A stretch of DNA of 32,000 nucleotides, from NCBI RefSeq assembly GCF_000015025.1, contig NC_008578.1, positions 1,410,001 to 1,442,000 on the forward strand, in the 5' to 3' direction. The position numbers and the translations under genes were made by a program. Positions 26,217 through 32,000 of this stretch are shown piece after piece. The notes below the pieces were generated by a model. It was not told the DNA's origin. It did not search any database and was given only the letters and a program-made list of their open reading frames with translations. This stretch comes from Acidothermus cellulolyticus 11B. GTDB taxonomy: Bacteria; Actinomycetota; Actinomycetes; Acidothermales; Acidothermaceae. Within the stretch, counting starts at the first letter, position 1. Each line of letters opens with the position of its first letter.

Positions 26217-26275
26217 GCGAGCCGAGACCGCGGCCCACGGCAGCAGGTGGGACGCTGGGAAGTGGAGGTATCCGC

Positions 26276-27394
26276 ATGCGCATCGGGGTGCCCCGGGAGA
26301 TCAAACCGCAGGAGTACCGGGTCGCGCTGACGCCGATCGGAGTCCGGGAACTTACCGACGCCGGTCATACCGTTCTCGTCGAGCACGACGCCGGCGCCGG
26401 TTCGGCCATCCCAGACGTCGAATACCACGCGACCGGCGGGACGATCGTGCCGACCGCTGACGACGTCTGGGCGGAAGCGGACCTCATCGTCAAGGTGAAG
26501 GAACCGATCGCCGAGGAATACCCGCGGCTTCGCCGGGGACAGCTCCTCTTCACCTTCCTCCACCTCGCGGCGTCCGCCGAGTGCACCTCGGCGCTGCTTG
26601 CCGCCGGGGTCACCGCGATCGCCTACGAGACGGTCCGGCTGCCGGACGGCCGGCTGCCGCTCCTCGCGCCGATGAGTGAGATCGCCGGACGGCTCGCCGT
26701 ACAGGAGGGCGCGTACCACCTCAAGCGGACTGCGGGAGGTCGCGGCATCCTCCTCGGTGGCATGCCCGGCGTCCCCCCCGCCACCGTCGTCGTCCTGGGC
26801 GCCGGGGTGGCGGGCAGCCAGGCCACCGAAATCGCGGTCGGTCTGGGCGCGCGGGTCGTCGTCCTCGACACCAACCTGGAGAAACTCCGCCACGTTTACG
26901 CGACGTACCACGGCCGGGTGGAGACGCTCGCCGCCCGGCGGCACACCATCGTGCAGGCCTGCCGCGAAGCTGACCTCGTCATCGGAGCGGTCTTGGTCCC
27001 CGGAGCCCGGGCCCCCATTCTCGTCGACAAGGAGACCATCGCGGAGATGCGGCCGGGTTCGGTGCTCGTCGACGTCTCGATCGACCAGGGCGGCTGCTTC
27101 GCACCGAGCCGGCCCACCACCCATGCCGACCCAACCTTCCCGGTGGCCGACAGCCTCCTCTACTGCGTCGCGAACATGCCCGGGGCCGTGCCCCGCACCG
27201 CCACGTACGCGCTCACCAACGCCACCCTGCCCTACGTCGAGGCCATCGCGAACCTCGGGCTTGCCGCCGCCTGCGAGCATTTCCCCGAGCTCACGGCCGG
27301 TATCACCACCGTCGCCGGACGGCTGACCGCCCCGGAGGTCGGCCAGGCCCACGGTCTACCGGTGACCCCACTCGCCGAGGCCCTCGCCCGGTAA
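26276..27394 (+). CDS. ald: Alanine dehydrogenase (372 aa)
   Basis: MRIGVPREIKPQEYRVALTP...VKVKEP...LFTFLHLAA...VVVLGAGVAGSQA...VLVDVSIDQGGC is canonical Ald. ATG 26276 has GGAGG 7 nt upstream. The track ORF start at 25445 is a spurious extension through the aminotransferase gene. Confidence 0.93.
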   Translation: MRIGVPREIKPQEYRVALTPIGVRELTDAGHTVLVEHDAGAGSAIPDVEYHATGGTIVPTADDVWAEADLIVKVKEPIAEEYPRLRRGQLLFTFLHLAASAECTSALLAAGVTAIAYETVRLPDGRLPLLAPMSEIAGRLAVQEGAYHLKRTAGGRGILLGGMPGVPPATVVVLGAGVAGSQATEIAVGLGARVVVLDTNLEKLRHVYATYHGRVETLAARRHTIVQACREADLVIGAVLVPGARAPILVDKETIAEMRPGSVLVDVSIDQGGCFAPSRPTTHADPTFPVADSLLYCVANMPGAVPRTATYALTNATLPYVEAIANLGLAAACEHFPELTAGITTVAGRLTAPEVGQAHGLPVTPLAEALAR

Positions 27395-27425
27395 TCTGGA
27401 CCGCGCGGCCGGCACGGAGAGCCCG

Positions 27426-29525
27426 TCAGACCACGTCCGGCGGATCCACCTGCACCCGCAACCCGGTGATCGGCATTCGGGCGGAGAGGGTTCGTTGCGC
27501 GGTGCGCAGCGCGTCCGCCAGTGCCAGGTGCGCAGCACGATCGGCGCGGAGCAGGAGCCGTTGCCGGGCCTCGTCGCCGGGCGCGGAATCGTCGGCCGGG
27601 TACGCACCGGCGTCGAGATCAACCGGACCGAAGACCTCCGTCCCGTCCGGCAGATGCAGGGCATCCTGGAAGGCCAACAGGGTCCGGCGTGGAGCGTCAA
27701 CCGACACGAAGATCGTCGAAGGGGGAAGGCCGACCGCCGCCCGTTCGGCGAGTTCCCGTTCGGCAAACCAGAGCGGCGCCCACCGCACCGCAGCCTGCAC
27801 CGGCGCAAGACCGCCGTCGGCAATGATCACGACCCGGCCGTCGGATCGGACCAGCGACGCAGCCGCCATCCACCGCCGGACGGCGTCCTCGGCTGCCCGC
27901 AGGGCGGGACGGGCCAGCACCACCCAGCCGTCCAGCAGGATCGCTGCGCCATAGCCGCCCTCGGCGGCCGGCTCGGCGGCTGGCGTCGCGACAACCAGCG
28001 CCGGTTCCGCCGGCACGGACTGCAGCGGTTGGCCGCCGCTCGCAAGCCGGATGGGTGTCCCGGGAAACGCCCGGCCAAGTTCGTCAGCAGTCCGCGACGC
28101 GCCAACGACGACCGAGCGCAACCGCTGCCCGCCGCAGGACGGGCAGCGCCAGTCGGCGGCCGGCCGGCCGCACCAGCGGCACGTCGGAGCCGCGCCCGCT
28201 GCCGGGATCCCGAGCGGGCCGGCGCACTGCGCACACCGCGCCGGGGACCGGCACTGCGCGCAGGCCAGCGCGGGTACGTATCCGCGCCGCGGCACGTGGA
28301 CCAGAACCGGCAACCCGGCCCGAAGGGCGGCCCGGGCCGCCCGCCATGCCACGTCCGGCAACCGGCCGCCCGCCGGATCACCAGCACCTGCGATCACTTT
28401 CGGCGCGGCGGCCCGCAGCACGGTGCGGCGGGGAACGACGGGTTTCGCCCAACCCATCGCCAGCAGCCGGGCGGCTTCGGCGGTGACCGCGTACCCGCCG
28501 AGGATCAGCGCGGTCTGCTGCCGATGTGCCCGCAGGAGGGCGACGTCCCGGGCGTGCGGGTAGGGTGCGCGTCGCTGGACAAGCCGGTCGTCGCCGTCGT
28601 CCCACACCACCACGAGACCAAGGTCGTGCACCGGGGCGAAGACCGCGCCAACGGTGCCGATCACTACCCGGGCCGTCCCCCGGACGACGTCCACGAATCG
28701 CCGATACCGCTCGCCTGGCCCGAGATCGGCATGCAGGGTGACGTACGAGCTGGCACCGAGCACCCGGGCGCACGCCGTTTCCACCGCCGCCAGCTCGCCG
28801 GCAGCCGGGACGATCACCAGCGCACCGCGGCCGGCCCGCCGCGCGGCGGCGACCGCCTCGGCAAGCTCGACAGCCCAGCGCGGCAGCAGTCCGCACTGCC
28901 CTGGCAACGCCGTCCACACCGCCCGCACGGCACGCCCGGCCGCCAGCGCGGCCAGCAACGCCGGCCCGGCGACGTACCCCTGCCATCCCGAGGGGATTTC
29001 GGATGCGACGGACCCGGTCGGCAGGGGGCCGGACGCCGGAGAGACCGACGCAGACGCCCGCGGTGCGGAATCGCGGTCCGGCAGTGCAGCCGGCTGGTCA
29101 GTCGTCGCAGCCGCCGACCGGGGCGGAATGGCAAGACGCAGGACATCGGGAAGCGTTCCCGCGTACCGGTCCGCCACCTCACGCGCCAGCTCGAGGATCT
29201 CCGGGGCGAGCACCGGAATGTCATCAACCACCTTCTCCACGAAGGCGAGTTCACCGGAATAGTCCGATGCGGCCAGCCGCTCGATGACGTAGCCGTCGAC
29301 CAGCCGTCCCGCGAACCGGACGCGCACCCGCGCCCCCGCAACAGCCGAATCGTGCAGTGCCTCCGGCACGAGGTAGTCGAACGGCCGGTCGAGATGCGGC
29401 AGCGAGACGTCGACAACCACCCGCGCCACCGGCAGGGTCGCTGACGGACGGCGGGCCGAGCCGCTGCTCGCCGACGACCGGCGGGCTGATCCCCTGCCGG
29501 CTGACGACCGGCGGGCCTGCGTCAC
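27426..29525 (-). CDS. priA: Primosomal protein N' (PriA), actinobacterial type with no recognisable Walker A/B motifs (699 aa; start uncertain)
   Basis: PriA 3'-DNA-binding N-terminus VARVVVDVSLPHLDRPFDYLVPE...GARVRVRFAGR. Four-CxxC zinc region CAQCRSPARCAQCAGPL...CRWCGRPAADWRCPSCGG. It sits next to metK as in other actinobacteria. GTG 29525 adds an Arg/Ser-rich 33-aa extension. GTG at the V of VARVVV is an alternative start. Confidence 0.9.
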   Translation of the reverse strand: MTQARRSSAGRGSARRSSASSGSARRPSATLPVARVVVDVSLPHLDRPFDYLVPEALHDSAVAGARVRVRFAGRLVDGYVIERLAASDYSGELAFVEKVVDDIPVLAPEILELAREVADRYAGTLPDVLRLAIPPRSAAATTDQPAALPDRDSAPRASASVSPASGPLPTGSVASEIPSGWQGYVAGPALLAALAAGRAVRAVWTALPGQCGLLPRWAVELAEAVAAARRAGRGALVIVPAAGELAAVETACARVLGASSYVTLHADLGPGERYRRFVDVVRGTARVVIGTVGAVFAPVHDLGLVVVWDDGDDRLVQRRAPYPHARDVALLRAHRQQTALILGGYAVTAEAARLLAMGWAKPVVPRRTVLRAAAPKVIAGAGDPAGGRLPDVAWRAARAALRAGLPVLVHVPRRGYVPALACAQCRSPARCAQCAGPLGIPAAGAAPTCRWCGRPAADWRCPSCGGQRLRSVVVGASRTADELGRAFPGTPIRLASGGQPLQSVPAEPALVVATPAAEPAAEGGYGAAILLDGWVVLARPALRAAEDAVRRWMAAASLVRSDGRVVIIADGGLAPVQAAVRWAPLWFAERELAERAAVGLPPSTIFVSVDAPRRTLLAFQDALHLPDGTEVFGPVDLDAGAYPADDSAPGDEARQRLLLRADRAAHLALADALRTAQRTLSARMPITGLRVQVDPPDVV

Positions 29526-29549
29526 GGCGTCCTGCCGACCGCCCGTCGG

Positions 29550-30803
29550 CTAGATGCCGGCGAGGCTGCGCAGCGCGTCTGCTCGATCCGTGATCTCCCA
29601 GGTGAAGTTGGGTTCCAGCCGGCCGAAGTGCCCGTACGCCGCGGTCGGCAGGTAGATCGGGCGCAGCAGGTCGAGATCCCGAATGATCGCGGCAGGGCGC
29701 AAGTCGAAGACCTGCGCCACCAGGTCCTGGATCTTCTCGTCAGGCAGCACACCGGTGCCGAACGTCTCGACGTACAACCCAATCGGATGGGCCTTGCCGA
29801 TCGCGTACGCCACCTGCACTTCGCAGCGGCGCGCCAGCCCGGCGGCAACCACGTTCTTCGCCACCCAGCGCACCGCGTACGCCGCGGACCGGTCCACCTT
29901 CGTGGGGTCCTTGCCGGAGAATGCGCCCCCGCCGTGCCGGGCCATCCCGCCATAGGTGTCAACGATGATCTTCCGGCCGGTGAGCCCGGCGTCCCCCATC
30001 GGACCGCCGATCTCGAACCGCCCGGTCGGGTTGACGAGCAAGGTGTAGTCAGAGACGTCGATTCCGAGATCAACAAGCTCCGGCGCCACCACGTATTCGG
30101 CGATGTCCGGCGCGAGAAGCGTGTCAATGTCGATGTCCGGCGCGTGCTGGGTGGATACGACCACTGTGTCGAGCCGCACCGGCTTGTCCCGCTCGTACTC
30201 GATGGTCACCTGAGTCTTGCCGTCCGGCCTGAGGTACGGGACGATCCCTTCCTTGCGCACCCAGGCCAGCCGGCGGGCCAACCGGTGCGCGAGCGCGATA
30301 GGCAGCGGCATCAGCTCGGGCGTGTCGTCGCAGGCGTAGCCGACCATCATGCCCTGATCCCCGGCACCCTGGCGGTCGAGTTCGTCCACCGCCTCGCCGT
30401 GCCTGGCCTCATAGGCGTCGTCCACACCCATCGCAATGTCCGGCGACTGGGAGCCGATCGATACCGAGACACCGCAAGACCCGCCGTCGAATCCCTTCTT
30501 GGACGAGTCGTAGCCGATCCCGAGAATGACATCGCGGACGATGGCCGGGATGTCCGCCCAGGCCTCGGTGGTCACCTCCCCGGCGACGTGCACTTGACCA
30601 GTCGTGATCAGTGTTTCGACTGCCACCCGGCTGCGCGGATCTTCCTTGAGGAGGGCGTCAAGGATCGCGTCGCTGATCTGATCAGCGATCTTGTCCGGGT
30701 GACCTTCCGTCACCGATTCCGAGGTGAACAGACGCCGGGACAATCGAGGCTCCCTGGGGTGCGTAGGTGGTCGACCGAGACCGCGTGAGTTCTGCACGGA
30801 CAT
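29550..30803 (-). CDS. metK: S-adenosylmethionine synthase (417 aa from ATG 30803; 397 aa if TTG 30743 is used)
   Basis: [31 protein letters not shown] and [16 protein letters not shown] are present. ORF 29550..31103 is trimmed. ATG 30803 has no SD. TTG 30743 is preceded by AGGGAG at a 6-nt spacing and gives a product of typical length. Confidence 0.93.
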   Translation of the reverse strand: MSVQNSRGLGRPPTHPREPRLSRRLFTSESVTEGHPDKIADQISDAILDALLKEDPRSRVAVETLITTGQVHVAGEVTTEAWADIPAIVRDVILGIGYDSSKKGFDGGSCGVSVSIGSQSPDIAMGVDDAYEARHGEAVDELDRQGAGDQGMMVGYACDDTPELMPLPIALAHRLARRLAWVRKEGIVPYLRPDGKTQVTIEYERDKPVRLDTVVVSTQHAPDIDIDTLLAPDIAEYVVAPELVDLGIDVSDYTLLVNPTGRFEIGGPMGDAGLTGRKIIVDTYGGMARHGGGAFSGKDPTKVDRSAAYAVRWVAKNVVAAGLARRCEVQVAYAIGKAHPIGLYVETFGTGVLPDEKIQDLVAQVFDLRPAAIIRDLDLLRPIYLPTAAYGHFGRLEPNFTWEITDRADALRSLAGI

Positions 30804-30822
30804 GGTCGAAGCTGAGTCTAGG

Positions 30823-32000
30823 TCACCCGCCCGGTGATACGGAGGACGGACGCGCTTGGCGGGCACCAGGGAGCAATCCAGCGACGACGTCGAGGATGCG
30901 GTTGGCCACCACGACTTTCGGCGCAAGCGGAACGTCGACGATGTCTGGGCTGTCCGCGACGAGGATGGACGCCGCGTTCGTGGGCACGTCGAAACCACGG
31001 TTGGGGCCGACCTCATTGATGACCAGCACGTCCACCCCCTTGGCCGCAAGCTTCGCCCGCCCCCCGGCGAGCGGGTCGGTGGTCTCTGCAGCGAATCCGA
31101 CAAGCAGCTGGCCAGGACGGCGCCGCGCGGCGAGTTCGGCCAGCACGTCCGGCGTACGGGTCAACCGGAGCGGCGGCGGGTCCGCGTCGGTCTTCTTGAT
31201 TTTTTCGGTGGCGATCTCGGCAGCCCGGAAGTCCGCAACAGCCGCGGCCATGATGACGACATCGGCCCGAGGCGCCGCGTCAAGGACGGCGGTGCGCAGC
31301 TCCTCGGTGCTCTCGACCCGGACCACCCGGCTGCCCGCTGGGTCCGGCAACGCCACATTGGCCGCGACAACCGTCACCTCGGCGCCACGGACAGCGGCGG
31401 CAGCCGCCAACGCATACCCCTGCCGGCCGGAGGATCGATTGCCGAGGAACCGAACCGGATCAATAGGCTCCCGGGTGCCGCCGGCGCTGACCAGCACCTG
31501 GCACCCGGCGAGGTCCGCAAGACCCGGCCGGTCGAGCAAGGCGAGCACAGAGTCGAAGATCGCTTCGGGTTCGGGGAGCCGGCCAACCCCGGTGTCGGGT
31601 CCGGTCAACCGGCCGACCGCCGGATCGATCACGACGTCGCCGCGGGCGCGCAGTGTCGCAACGTTCTGCGCAGTGGCCGGATGTTCCCACATCTGGGTGT
31701 GCATGGCCGGCACGAAGAGCCGCGGGCCCCGGCTCGCGAGGAGCACGTTCCCCAGCAGGTCGTCGGCCAGGCCGGTGGCGGCGCGGGCCAGCAGGTCGGC
31801 GGTGGCCGGCGCGATGACGACAAGGTCGGCGTCCGCGGCCAACCGCACGTGCGGAACGAGGTGCACGTCCTGCCACAGGTCCGACCGGACCGGCCTGCCG
31901 GAGAGAGCCTCCCAGGTAGCAGCACCAACGAACCGAAGCGCGGACTCCGTCGGGACGACGGTCACCTCGACGCCGTCCGCAACGAGCAAGCGCAGTAGCT
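30823..32000 (-). CDS. coaBC: Bifunctional phosphopantothenoylcysteine decarboxylase / phosphopantothenate-cysteine ligase, N-terminus beyond the right edge
   Basis: ...[23 protein letters not shown]...[15 protein letters not shown]... is the flavoprotein decarboxylase half. ...[26 protein letters not shown]...[10 protein letters not shown]... is the ligase half. The frame stays open to position 32000 (..[12 protein letters not shown]), so the track start at 31989 is internal. Confidence 0.9.
   Translation of the reverse strand, partial: LLRLLVADGVEVTVVPTESALRFVGAATWEALSGRPVRSDLWQDVHLVPHVRLAADADLVVIAPATADLLARAATGLADDLLGNVLLASRGPRLFVPAMHTQMWEHPATAQNVATLRARGDVVIDPAVGRLTGPDTGVGRLPEPEAIFDSVLALLDRPGLADLAGCQVLVSAGGTREPIDPVRFLGNRSSGRQGYALAAAAAVRGAEVTVVAANVALPDPAGSRVVRVESTEELRTAVLDAAPRADVVIMAAAVADFRAAEIATEKIKKTDADPPPLRLTRTPDVLAELAARRRPGQLLVGFAAETTDPLAGGRAKLAAKGVDVLVINEVGPNRGFDVPTNAASILVADSPDIVDVPLAPKVVVANRILDVVAGLLPGARQARPSSVSPGG

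Noticed and set aside
16977-27425. The polyamine module as a mobile genomic island.
   Set aside because: I see no integrase, transposase, tRNA attachment site or flanking direct or inverted repeats at 16977-17139 or 27395-27425. Base composition looks like the flanks. Its insertion status can only be judged by comparative synteny.
29526-30822. A SAM riboswitch upstream of metK, and a T-box or leader peptide upstream of pheS (4249-4305).
   Set aside because: The available spacers (19-79 nt before metK, 57 nt before pheS) are too short. They lack the conserved cores of SAM-I/SAM-IV or T-box elements.
1-32000. tRNA, rRNA or tmRNA genes, CRISPR arrays, toxin-antitoxin pairs, restriction-modification or other defence genes, and secondary-metabolite genes.
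   Set aside because: There is no GGTTCGAATCC-type T-arm in non-coding DNA and no regularly spaced direct repeats beyond the short tandem repeats reported. Every sizeable coding frame is accounted for by a recognisable housekeeping or catabolic protein.

Overview
High-GC actinobacterial chromosome segment, transcribed almost entirely on the minus strand. Most of it is conserved housekeeping operons in the usual Actinomycetota order. From right to left these are coaBC-metK-priA, def-fmt-rsmB-rpe, FMN riboswitch-ribD-ribE-ribBA-ribH, hisG, infC-rpmI-rplT, an orphan PAS histidine kinase, pheS-pheT and the start of argC. Two blocks break this pattern. (1) A ~10.3 kb amine/polyamine uptake and catabolism module (17140-27394) lies between def and priA. 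It holds a PatD-like aldehyde dehydrogenase, a Pot-type ABC transporter and a PuuB-like FAD oxidoreductase on the minus strand. Diverging from these are an Lrp/AsnC regulator, a class-III aminotransferase and alanine dehydrogenase. (2) A stand-alone REC-GGDEF protein (12253-13299) lies between rpe and the rib riboswitch. Its receiver has Glu where the phospho-acceptor Asp should be, and its cyclase motif reads GGDDF. The notable non-coding content is as follows:
- a clear FMN riboswitch with an SD-sequestering hairpin;
- a ~375-nt highly structured region upstream of infC, with a terminator-like hairpin;
- an SD-supported non-canonical ATC start for infC;
- a strand-asymmetric G-rich 25-27 bp tandem repeat with G-quadruplex motifs between pheT and argC.
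I found no tRNA/rRNA genes, CRISPR array, transposase or integrase, prophage, or recognisable defence or biosynthetic cluster. I cannot honestly claim a clearly novel system. The best candidates for follow-up are the doubly degenerate REC-GGDDF protein and the infC leader. The supplied ORF track omits the edge-truncated argC, truncates coaBC, and over-extends many 5' ends. The long antisense ORFs are high-GC artefacts.
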